From contig JBHGNT010000007.1 in assembly GCA_043228905.1 (NCBI GenBank), positions 19,468,001 to 19,532,000 of the forward strand: DNA of 64,000 bases, given 5' to 3'. The notes below the pieces were generated by a model. That model worked only from the letters and a program-made list of their open reading frames with translations, was not told the DNA's origin and made no database searches. This document shows, in pieces, positions 25,251-36,569 of the stretch. Numbering within the stretch: position 1 is the stretch's first letter; each line of letters begins with the position of its first letter. This DNA is from Azolla caroliniana (lineage: Eukaryota; Plantae; Polypodiophyta). Made by a program: the position numbers and the translations under genes.

Positions 25251-28200
25251 ATGGACCCGCAAACGTTGTCGGAAGCCGCCAAGAAATGGCTAAAGCAACA
25301 CGGGCTCGAGGGCTTCTTGACGATTATGGAGGCACCGCCACACAAAGAAGCCGACAAGGTGATCAAAGAAATCGACACAGAGGTCATAACAGATGAGGCG
25401 ATCCGTGTGTTAACAGGCCTTCCGGAGGGAGGCATATTCACGATTGACAATACGACCTCGAAACAACTCATCAAGTATTTTGGTGAGTAATCCCTAGCCA
25501 GCAAGGGCTACCGGACACAGGGCGGCAAAGATATGCTATTCCGCGAGATTGCTCATGTGCTCCACGAATACGGCCATGTGTACCCTAGACCCCCTGTCAT
25601 GCCGCAGAACCGGGCAGGGATGATCATCGCCACCTATGAAGGAATCAAGGTGGATTGGCCAGTATTGATCGCAGACAGTTTGTGTGCGGCGATCGAGATT
25701 GTTAGAGGAAAAGACGGCAAAGAAGGCCGAGACGGACGAAGGATATGGCACGCAGTAACGCAGTGGCTCACCTTGCTTGTGCCACCCGTCCAGCCCGTCC
25801 AGCCCAAGAAGCGGGGAAGAGTGGCGGACGGCACCCCAAAGACTGTTTCTAAAAGACAACAGATGTTGGCCTCTAAGGCCACTAAGGGGAAGGCGGTGGA
25901 CGCAGAACAGGCGGGAAAGGAGAGCGCCAGCCGGAAGCGGCCAACGGATGCGCTAGAGGAATCACCGGTACGGCCCGTAAAGATCACACTCCGCCGACCG
26001 GTGAATAGAGAAGCGGACCCCTTGGTGGCGAAACTCAATACCGGGACTCAGGAAGAGGAAATAGAGGAGGAGCCTACGGAGCACCTCCAGCGACGGTCGT
26101 CGGCAAGGACCGTTGAGGCAGTCGGGAAACGTTCGGACCCTTAGACGGAGGGAACACCGGCTCCCCATACTAAGACTACCACGCCAAGGGAGGAACCGGA
26201 ACCGGTGCACATGGCACTGGAATCAAAAGCCCCTGCACCACCGGCAGCACCGGCTAGTCCCATTCCGCTAGAGCCGGAAAGGGCAATGCAGCCTCCCTCG
26301 GCCAACCAAGAAGAAGCGCAAGGGGAACCAGGACAACAGGATGGTCCACGGGTAGAAACAGAATTGCACCTCGACGCAATCAGGCGGGCCCACCCATCCA
26401 CAAGCGAGCCCATCCGTCAAACCGTCGTGCAAGCGCAACAACAATGCACCGGTAGCCTGTGGCTCCGGTGGATAGGCGAACAGATTGCCGGAGCAGTGGG
26501 GTATATTGAGGCGGAAGAAAGAGCGCAAAGCGAACAGTTGCTCGTCACAACCGAACAACTAGAGACGGCCTGGTCCAGAATCCGGTGCCTTGAAAAAGAC
26601 TTGGATCAGGTCACGGCAAAAATGGCCAAAATGGCCTTAACGGCAACACAAATCCAATCACCGGTGACTCCGTTAAGTGTACAGAATAAAGAACCAGACC
26701 AACCTGTACATACTAATAAGACCCCGGCAACGGAAACCGTCACAGAGAGAGATGCGGCACAAGCCCAGGAGCTTGCGGAATTGAGAGATGAACTTGCCGC
26801 ACAAGAAGCGCTAAGGAGCCGCGAACAGGAATTGAAGACAGCGGCCGAAGCAGAATTAAAGAAGACTGCTGAGAACCTCCGCCAGGCAGAGGAGAGCCTC
26901 TGGAAAGGCCATCAAGCGTACAACCGGCTAAGGGAGGAAAAAGACAAAGTGCTGCAGGAAAAGGACAAGCTGCTGAAGACGGCGGAAACGGAAATTGAAT
27001 GACTAAAGGAGGAGCTCCACCAGCATAAGGACCGCGAGGACCGGGCCCGTCGACAAATCAACGTACGACTCAAGCAAAAGACAGATGATTTTGAGCACCT
27101 ACATCGGGACTACAAACGGCTGGAAACGGAGCATAAGGAATAGATGGCCGAGCTCCAGCAGGAAGTTGATCGGGCCGCGACGACGCTCGCCAACGAATGT
27201 GCGGAAAATACAAGACGGTTGGATGAGGCAGAGAAGGTCCGGATGGAGCTCCAAGGGCAGCTGCAGGAAGAAAGGGAGAGAGCATCAACGGTATTGCAAA
27301 AATTACAAAGCACATATCAAACGCAATTGACGCATTACAAGGAGCAGGCGGAAGACAACGTCAAAATCATCAAGCAATTGGAGGAACGGCAAGCTGCGTA
27401 GATCAAATCGCAGATGGGAACGGGCCGGATTCAGTGCATCCTCTGGGCATGGCTGAATCAGACAAAACGCTTGATTGACGAAAGCTCCGTAAGATGGTGG
27501 ACAAAGTGGGCACAAAATACGGCGGAACTCCAATTGCTACGGGCAGATGTTATAGGTTTTAGAGTTAGGGTTAAGGTTAAGGATGATGATGGTTAACGAT
27601 GATGAAGATAGACATGGTGAAATAGCAAAGATGATGAAGAGTATGATGGTGAGAGAGATTGACATGAAGATGTTGAGAATTATTGAGAAGCATTGTGGGG
27701 TGGGGGGTGGTGCCTAGAATGGCTCCACCCCCCTCCCAAGGGGTTCAACGTGAGAGAGGGAGAGAGAAGAGAAAAGGTGTCAAAGAGAGAGAGATTAGAG
27801 AGAAAATGTTCCCCCATCATTCATTCCCCATAAGGGGGTTAAATAGTACAAGAGGGGGTAGATACAAAGGCGTGTAAGCCCCCTAGAGCATTCATACTGG
27901 ACACTCACTCATACCTCCTCGTATCCATCCACATGCACACACGTGTGCATGTGTTCACATACGTATCGACTCACAATTACATTTATGCCCCCTACACATA
28001 CACAACAACATTATGATAACATTCGACCCTCGCTCATCACACTTGACTCTCCGTACATCTCGTACGAGGTAACAACAGACGTGGCAAACCGGCGGAAGGA
28101 AGGAGATGATTGTTACCCGTTGACTTCCGAGGACTTCACCGCCATACGGGATGAGCTGGCTGAAGACTTCCAAGTCCTGGCGGATGAACAACTGGTGCAG

Positions 28201-28623
28201 GTCCGGCAACTTGTAGCTTAGCTAGACGATGATAGGCTGGACGCTCAAATCCAGTTTGAAAGCTACGAGCGGTCCCGGGTTCGGGAAGAAAAAGCACGGG
28301 AAGCGGCAACGGTTAACCTTAGTGATGAGGAACCGTCCCCGGCCGAGGGCCAGGCCGGAACCAGTCAACCGAAGACCACTACGACGGAGGGAGCAACGAC
28401 GGAAATGCCGATGTCAGAGCAACAAACGGAGGAGCAGCCGCAACCACCACCAAAGGACCAGTCGCAGCAGCCATGAACGGAGCAGCAACAACAACAGTAG
28501 CAACCACAACAACAACAACAACAACAACCAATTCCAAATGAACCATTGGAGACTCTCGAACAAAGCATTCTGGATCTTTTGGACGAAGAATAGCAAGAGT
28601 CGGATGGTGGATTCGACGTATAA
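25251..28623 (+). pseudogene. Extra ORF downstream of pol (~960 codons, coiled-coil and Gln-rich), interrupted by stops and a solo LTR
   Basis: ORF pieces at 25251, 25533, 26205, 27144 and 27414 share one frame separated by single stops. Reading resumes after 28021 (RPSLITLDSPY...) and runs to TAA at 28621-28623. Confidence 0.8.
27548..28021 (-). mobile_element. Solo-LTR-like insertion in the Gypsy-1 extra ORF
   Basis: TGTTAT...ATAACA termini and an abrupt change in composition. The reverse complement resembles 45500-45565 (CCCTTGGGAGGGGGGTGGAGCC). No clear TSD. Confidence 0.7.
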
Positions 28624-28629
28624 GGTACT

Positions 28630-28646
28630 GTCCCACGGGCGTGCCA
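28630..28646 (+). other. Sense copy of a tRNA-Arg(TCT) 3' end at the position normally occupied by the PPT
   Basis: GTCCCACGGGCGTGCCA then TG then the LTR TGTTA. The reverse complement TGGCACGCCCGTGGGAC is a PBS-like sequence. Its first 11 nt are identical to the Gypsy-2 PBS at 47384. Confidence 0.75.
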
Positions 28647-28648
28647 TG

Positions 28649-29081
28649 TGTTACCGGCCGACAAAGGAGTCCAGAGTGTGAAACGAATGAGTTATTTAAT
28701 TATTAGGAATGGTTGTAAGTAAGCTATTAGTGTGGACGGATGGACCGGAATCGGTATGTCGTTCCGAATCCGGACCGATCCCGAACAGGTGCGGATGGCA
28801 CCGTTTTGTACTGCAGACCGAAAACCTATTTAAAGGTCCGGATACAATGTAATGAGCAGCGGTTAATTAATAAAGCTTAGTGTTTTATCTCTCTGTGTTA
28901 ATTGCCGTTCTGCATTCATTGTTATATCTTACACGTGTGATTATTAAGGACGATCTTGCTAAGTAACCTAATTAAGTCGGATTAATCGTTGAGCCTAATC
29001 CTCTTGCCGTAACATCCCTTTGGTGAAGTGTCTTCCGTAGACACCTTGTGTTAGGCCATTGTCCGGCCCTAAGAGTTAACA
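28649..29081 (+). repeat. Gypsy-1 3' LTR
   Basis: Direct repeat of 18608-19040. Confidence 0.93.
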
Positions 29082-29473
29082 CGGTTGTAAATTTGTCCCC
29101 ACTCATAGACCACCAACACATCTTTATCCTCGGTGGATGAAATGATGTCTGACCTGGCCTATGGCTATGCAAAGGCAATATGACAAGTATCTTCATAACA
29201 TGGTTTATATAATTTATAGGGCTATAGAGTAGATTGTATCAAGTGTTTGTATTACAGGATAGAGATGGCACCAAAACCAAACTATTCTACCTTTGTATGG
29301 CACCAAATGTATTATTCACAAATAACACATGGAAAGTTCCAATAATTGATTTGAGATGCTCTCCAAATCTAGTAATATTTGGATGTATACTGAAAGTTAC
29401 TACTCAACATGTCAAACTCTCCAAGCACCTCAACAACAAAACAAACCAACATTGCATCTTCTAATCCGTGGAT
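29082..29473 (+). repeat. 392-bp segment, right copy of the duplication flanking Gypsy-1
   Basis: Matches 18216-18607 and abuts the 3' LTR exactly. Confidence 0.93.
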
Positions 29474-29984
29474 ATTAGTTTAAGCTATTTAATTACTTAT
29501 CGATAATGAACAAATCAATTTTAAAAAACTTAGTAAACTCTTAATTTAGATATATTTTACGAGTACCAAATCACTAATAAAAGAATCGCAATACCGTCAC
29601 AAATAGAAAAAAAAATGGGAAATAATCACCACCTATATTGTACTACTCATGTAGTCATAATTCAAAGGTGCGACTCAAGTTGCCTGTTTACTTATGATAC
29701 TAACTATTTGAGCACTTTTATATAACTTTTCCATAACTAGATAAGGCAGATTACCATATTGGGCTCAAACGAACATCACTTTTCATTACATTTGAATTAC
29801 ATGAAAATGGTGATCCATCACCATTCTCTTTATGTCCACTTTGCTTATGAATGGATGAATTTTGTGCTTTTATGTACAACTGTGTAGATGTTCGTATAGA
29901 ATGTATGTAAAATGGTCATAACATTCCCGCACAATAAGTGAGCCCTGTTACTATCCTGCACCAAGAAGACTTGATCCTCAAATC

Positions 29985-32561
29985 CTAATGCTTTCTTTTA
30001 GCCGAAGGAGTGATGACTGTCTTCTGATCTTGATGTTGATGCCTCCACCATCGGAACCTAAATCTCGATGCATAGATATTTGTTTTCATCAAATCCACAG
30101 ACCCATGTGTCTCAACCTTAGTTGATATGGAATCTTGAGAATTTAACGAGGATAATTGAACATCAGAAGAATCAAGTATCTGGAAATCAGCTTCATGCGT
30201 ATCATCATCACCAATAATATTTTTTGGTGTCACTACCAGACATAGCTGTTCACCCTTTGGAATCACCATTGTTGATCCTAAACATTGAGCTTCTGTTGGT
30301 TGATGAATTAAAATATTCTCTGCAGGCACTTCTGCATAGCACGAGATGTAACGTGATACCAGGTATTGGACCTGAAATGAATAGAAAGAGATTCTTCATA
30401 AATACACTTGATTAAAAATAAATCCAACAAACACAAGCTTTGCACAATTTACACTCTAATGAATTCTAAATTCATACCACAATTTAAACATTTTAAAGCT
30501 AAAAATTATGCTTACCACAGGATGAAATGTCGCGGCATTTTCACGAATGACTTCAGTAAGCTTCAGCTGCATAGCACACAATGCTTTGTTGCAAAGAGAT
30601 TTTAATATCGCCACCAGTTTATTCCTCAAATGAACCTGGTTCTGGTCCAAAGATTTTGAATGCTTACAGAAGAAGGGCTCTATGCACGTTTCATAGATAT
30701 AGTCTGTACCCTGCGAATAATGATACTGTAACAGTTAATACTATGAATCATCTAACACTTTTTGAGCCCACAGTGACCAAATTTGAGATTACGCTCACCT
30801 AAAAACACCCCAACATAATCTGAAGTTGAAACCCAGGAAAACACCATCATGTACCATAGCGTTATATATATTTGTATGACTAAACATGCGACTTCCAACA
30901 ACTATGACTAACAGAAACATGTATTACAGAACTGGCTTGGATCAGTTTGCTGTTTTTTACTAGCATATAAAATCACTCGATCTCATCTACATCTCAGAGG
31001 GAAAAAATGATTTCTTCCGATGCACCCTTGGAAAGCATTACAGTCTCACAAAATTTGTTAACATTTTTTTAAAGAAAATAACATAATACTTTCTTTGCGT
31101 AAAGAGATGACTCAGAAACAAGCAAAGTTGAAATAAAGGCACAAAAAGGAATCTCTATCCTTGTGAGAAATATGATAATCAATTCTAAATTATATTCCTC
31201 GAGTCCAAAAGTAGTGAAGAATCCATTACAACATGTAAACTCTTTTATAACAGCAAAACATTTGTCTAATCCACAGTTCAGTTTAATGACTATATACTAT
31301 GTTTGTGACTGATCATACCTTTGTATCTGGGAGCCATAGATAAACTATGAGGGCTAGTTTACTTCCACTATAGAATGGTACCCTGCAAAGGCAATATACA
31401 GAGATTAATGGATGTCCATAACCACCTTACTCCTACAGAATTCTGAAGAATAAATACCATGATATAAACGTGTCTGCTACTCTCTCGACTCCAGTAAAAA
31501 TGGCCATGATCGTCCTACAAGTAAAAACGACCATTGTCATATATTTAGAGAGAGCAAGAGGGAGAGACTTGAAAACAGAATCAAATACAAAAAACAAATC
31601 AAAATAGCAGGCTTCCTAGAGATATACCAGAAAAGCAACACACATAAAACAAAGTCACACCTAATCATCAAAACGTAGGTCTCACTTAACATGCATAGAT
31701 GATCTAAGAAAACAGAGATGCAATGAAACAATGTAGGTGCTTATACTCCATGAATTTTGAGATTCGAGGATAAATGATAAATCAAGAAGAAACATATTTT
31801 CCATAATACGAATCAAGAGATTTATTTCATACCAATATCGACACCATGTCCGCAGCTGCTCGAATTTTGGCTTGCTAGAGTTAAGCGCCGAGAAGCACAT
31901 GTAAGCCGGATACAGGTATCCAAAATATATACTGAGAAAAAAACACAAATAATCAACATCCAAAATATATACGAAATTTGGAAATTTCTTCTAATTTCTC
32001 ACAGATTCATACGAAGAAGAAATGTTGGAGTGAGAAAGGCTTGCGCCAAATGGAGAACACATTTCCATATCGTTTCTTGAAAAACTGAGTAGATTTAACT
32101 AAGGGAAACTGTGTCCTGAAAGGAAATTCTAAGAAAGAAGTCCATTAGATTCATTAAAACTTATGAGTAAGAATGAGAGAGGGATTTTTATGGCTTGAAG
32201 ATTAACGATTTGATTTGATATCATTTCTTCGTTGAATGAAGGAAATTTGTGACAGATGAAAAGGAGATTAGTAAAAGGGGGGAGAGAGAAAGAGAGAATT
32301 ATATCAGTTCCAATTCACATTTCATGAAAAAATGTATAGATTGATTCAAAAGAAGCTGTGCTCAACATAGAATTATGATAAAGAAGTCCATCAGATTCGC
32401 TAAAACGAAGGAGAAGTTGATCAGTTGAAACGAATCCCATCAGATGAATATGATGGACATAGAATTCTGAAGGAGAAGCCCATCAGTTGAAACTCGTGTG
32501 ATGTCAAATTATAACACAAAAGACTGTGAACTTACATAGAAATTCTAAACAAGAAGTCCAT
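29985..32561 (-). CDS. HVA22-like (TB2/DP1/REEP family) protein, 6 exons, ~275 aa
   Basis: Exons 32536-32561, 31833-31931, 31458-31514, 31319-31382, 30516-30710 and 29985-30371. All introns are GT-AG and phase-compatible. Translation: MDFLFRISIIYFGYLYPAYMCF...LRTWCRYWTIMAIF...FISWVPFY..SKLALIVYLWLPDTKGTDYIYE. An alternative in-frame ATG lies at 32591. Confidence 0.88.
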
Positions 32562-32759
32562 CAGGTGAAACTCATGTGATGTCAATGACATAAAAGACTC
32601 TGAACTTACATGAAAATTCTGAAGAAGAATTCCATGAGCTGAAACCGCAGGCAATATCTTTCTTCTTCTTCTTCTCCTTGGCAGGAAAGAAACGGATGAA
32701 AGGAGAGACAATTGAAGGAAGCACAAGAGAAACCCTGCAGAGAGAAACTGTAGACATAT

Positions 32760-33330
32760 CATTCATGATGATGATGATGATTATTGAGCGTTCCATGATT
32801 ATATGATTGAGCGTTCGATGATGATGATGGTGATGGAGGCGATGATGATATGATTGAGTTGTTCGATGATGATATGATTGAGCGTCGATGATGATGATGA
32901 TGACGGAGGTGATGATGATATGATTGAGCGTTTGATGATAATATGATTGAGCGTCGATGATGATGATGATGAAGGCCATGATGATATGATGGAGTGTCGA
33001 TGATGATGATGAAAAGATGAAGAAGAAGAAGAAGAAGAAGAAGGCGTATGATAATGGCGATGGTGATGGTGATGAATAAGGAAAAGAAGAGAAGAAGAAA
33101 GGCAGGCGCACAAACCCTAATTTCCCCTGGTGCTTTGCTCGCTGTTTTCTTCGCTCTGAATGTGTGTGTGTGTGTGAGTGAGTGAGAGCCTTGTTTTCAG
33201 AAACAAGAAGACAGGCAGGCGCACAAACCCTAATTTCCTTAGGTTCGGGTGGTTCAGCTCTTTGGAATACAGAAGAAGAAAGAAGAAAGAAGAAGGAGGA
33301 GGAGAAGAAGAAGAAGAAAAGAGAATGAAA
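32760..33330. repeat. (GAT)n/(GAA)n-rich minisatellite region in the HVA22-like 5' region, with two telo-box-containing duplicates
   Basis: Recurrent GATGATATGATTGAGCG units. GCAGGCGCACAAACCCTAATTTCC at ~33102 and ~33215. Confidence 0.8.
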
Positions 33331-33448
33331 TGAAATGAGCAGGAATTTCCCTCTCTTTCTCTTACATATACATACTGTATACATATGTATATGTAGTGTA
33401 GTTGTTTTGAAAATACGAAGCTAATTAATTACGTCCCACAACGTGGAT

Positions 33449-33461
33449 TATATATATATTA

Positions 33462-33514
<53 letters not shown>

Positions 33515-33519
33515 GTATG
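33449..33519. repeat. (TA)n-(TATG)n microsatellite; the TATG part continues at 41038-41066
   Basis: Seen directly in the sequence. Confidence 0.9.
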
Positions 33520-33658
33520 GCTTGTGACTAACTACTACCAAATATTAAAGAGGGCAAGTGAGGGAATCGCGGAGAGGGACGGTGCAGGTCGCACCGTTGT
33601 TGGCGCGTTCGATCTCCACCGTCCAAGATGGACAAAAAGCTGACAACGTCTGTCACAA

Positions 33659-33840
33659 GGAGCCCGACTCTGCGAAAGGGAGCCCGACTCTGCGAAAGGG
33701 AGCCCGACTCTGTCAAAAGGAGCCCCGCTGTCAGACAGCCTCTACAAGAGGGAGCCCGACTCTGTCAGAAGGAGCCCCGCTGTCATACCACATCAGTAAG
33801 AAGGAGCCCGACTCTGTCAAAAGGAGCCCGACTCTGTAGC
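33659..33840 (+). repeat. MULE left subterminal repeats (GGAGCCCGACTCTG)
   Basis: About 8 copies at roughly 20-nt spacing. Confidence 0.9.
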
Positions 33841-34019
33841 AACAAACATCAGAAACTCCACAAAATTGTAAGTGTACAACAAATATTTGCCATGAAACTG
33901 ATCATAAAATTTCTCAACAAAACCTAAAGATTCAAATAACAAGTCTTACATAAAATATTAAAATGTCAAATGTTGACAACCCTAAAATGAAATATGAATA
34001 TACACGTTACATATTAAGA

Positions 34020-36533
34020 TTATGGCTCATGTCGGGATGATTGCAAGATGCAACCACAATTTTTACAGCATGTAACATTTGAGTCCCTTGAAGTCAAGGT
34101 CAAGCCATCACAACGCAAACACCGAACCTTCTCGTGGTCAACCAATGGCAATCTCCTCCTAGCCTGAGTAGCACCTCTTTGTAGTTTTCCGGAGTGGGAT
34201 TTGGAAGTGTTTGGGGAGCTGCCAATAAGTTCTTGCGAGATGTCTATTGTTGCACTTCTTTTGGCACCGATTTGTTGGTTGTGACTTATTGATCTACCAT
34301 CTTCTTCATTGGTTGATTTTGGTGCACCAACGCGATACACCTTCTCAGCCACATCTTCCAATGTTTGTATACCTTCGACAATAGTTGCACGGTCGAAGGT
34401 TCCTAACCCTTGCTCGAGACACTGAAGTGCTTTCATGACCGTTTGTATTTTGGACTTGAATGATTCAATCTCGGATATTGTGGGGTTTGTCTCCTCTACT
34501 TGCTCTACCTCTGCCTCCACTTCTATTTCTGTATTATGGTCCATTCGCATTTGGGTCGCGTGATCTATAAAAGGCAATGAGCCACATAAATGTGGCATAT
34601 GCCTCTCAATAATCATTCAGATACCTAGTAAATGCTTACATTTACTCACAATGTCTTGGCAATCACAATATGAGCATTGGAGTGAGACATTATACCATAG
34701 AGTGGGAGTCGTCATGCTCAAGATTCTAAACCAATATCGGGCCTCTTCGACAATTTCAATTGTGGAAGTATTGTCGACATACCTTTCCAATATTCTCTCC
34801 GCTTCTTTAAGTCGGGACCTTTGATCCCTACAATTCGCACGGGGTGCAAACCGACCACTCTCACATATTTCTTGTCGTTGCTTGTACCACTCTATTACTG
34901 TTCCTCCTATGCAAGTGCCAGTTTCACTGTCCCCGATTAAGACATGCAGAAGGTCGGTAATTGATCGGTTTATTCTTCCCCTCAAGGCAGTATACTTGAT
35001 AAACTGCCAATGTCTTTCCACAATATTGGTAGTGTCAACGTGTCCATAGTTGAGCATTCTACCAAACTTGGGCCAGAGTTTCCTCCACACACATGTCAAA
35101 CCACACCATCCTCCTTCTATATATTGCCAAACATCGGGCTTGTCCGCATATTCTAACTTTAACTCCTCACACATTGCATTGAATGATGATTCAGTAATGC
35201 ATTGCATCAGTTGGCACATTCGTTGATAAAGATGGATTCTCTCATTTGCACTTACTTTTGGCAACAAGTTGTCCACCCATGACTTTTTGGCGTGAAACTG
35301 AAACAAAAGTCGACAATGTGTTTGGGACCATTGCCCATTTACAACAATCCAAGATTGACGGTTTGTTGGAACCACATTAGTTATGGCATTATATGATGTC
35401 CAACATTTATCGATCACTATCGCATTTGGCCTCACCATGGGCATCCTTGCGAATATGACTCTCAAACAAGTTTCTAATGCCACTTGCTCATGGTTTGACC
35501 CCTTATCAGAACTACAAAGCATGTACCATAATGGGATCCCAATTCCCATGGCGTTGGGGGCAACTGTTGCATATAATGGTAGCCCGAATTGGTTTGTTTT
35601 AAATGTCGAGTCAATTGCCCAAGAGTTGTTTAGGGTCAACCGCTTACACATTTCCAACATCCATTGATCTTGAAGTATCAAGATAAATGGTTGTATGGGG
35701 GGAGATCCTGGTTCACCAGTCAAGTAGGGTTGAACATGAGCCACTTTCCCAAGATCTCGGAGTGCATAGGCATCTTGCATCATCAAAACCCAATCAACCT
35801 TAGTCATGGCACTCCCGATTTTTAACCTATTTGCCATGTTATGGACTTCCTTTGGTATCATAAAGAACCGATAGGTAACAAGCTCTAATGGACTAGCCTT
35901 GGACTTATGATATGCTTCCTTACGCATGCTCATTCGTGCCACATGCCTTGCACACCCAACATCAAATAGGTCATCTTTGCAACAACTTATGACATTGGGG
36001 TGTACTGGCAAATGGTACACATCCGACCTACTACATGGTACATGACCACTATGAGGTCCATATATTGAAATGGTAAGTGTCTCAATGTCAACATCATCAT
36101 TGATTCTAACGTCCACATGGAATGTGCACCCACATCGGGGTGTGCACCTGCGTCGTCGAGTGGAATTAGACGCAAGTCGAGATGTCCCAGCACGATGACA
36201 ACTATACCTAGTCACACGCATACCCTTCTTGACTCCTTTCCTTAAACATGTGTGGTACTTGGTTTGCAAATCCGTGAGTGTATCATCTAATTGGTGGGTT
36301 TCTACCTTGATCACTTCTATGGGTAGGGTCTTGTTATATTTGGCCATGCTTGATCCCAAACCTTATACTGGGGGAACAATACATGAAGGGATCGACCGCC
36401 TCATCCTCACGATCGGAATTTGATGACTCAAAAGGATCCTCCAATTCATCCTCGGATGCATTGGATGACCATGACGTATCCTCCAATTCATCTTCCGACA
36501 TGGCGAAGACACCATGATGCATTGTGCTCTCCA
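34020..36533 (-). pseudogene. MULE transposase with SWIM zinc finger; one frameshift (~36360) and one in-frame TGA (34617-34619)
   Basis: IDSTFKTNQFGLPLY (D1), IVIDKC (D2), QFHAKK, TTNIVERHWQFIK (E), CDCQD...CKH (SWIM). N-terminal YSCHRAG...CGCTF motif. Confidence 0.9.
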
Positions 36534-36569
36534 TAGCAAATACAATATGATCAAGAATGCCAGTGATTG

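Larger units (their letters stand above)
18608..29081 (+). mobile_element. Full-length Ty3/Gypsy LTR retrotransposon (Gypsy-1, non-chromovirus, Athila/Tat-like architecture with extra 3' ORF)
   Basis: 433-bp LTRs TGTTA...TAACA at 18608-19040 and 28649-29081 (~15 mismatches). Domain order gag-PR-RT-RH-INT, no chromodomain seen, extra ORF 25251-28623. Confidence 0.95.

Noticed and set aside
27555-27585. Interstitial telomere repeat
   Set aside because: Only a few degenerate TTAGGG-like units inside an LTR-like insert.
18608-29081. Gypsy-1 being a minus-strand element whose true PBS is at 28630-28646
   Set aside because: gag-pol, the LTR TATA and the poly(A) signal are all on +, a + strand PBS exists at 19048, and there is no minus-strand PPT beside the left LTR.
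32572-33384. 270-aa and His/Ser-rich ORFs
   Set aside because: These are translations of GAT/GAA microsatellites with no domain signal.
33659-33840. Short interspaced repeats as CRISPR or iterons
   Set aside because: Spacers are a few nt and repetitive, and the position next to a TIR identifies them as transposon subterminal repeats.
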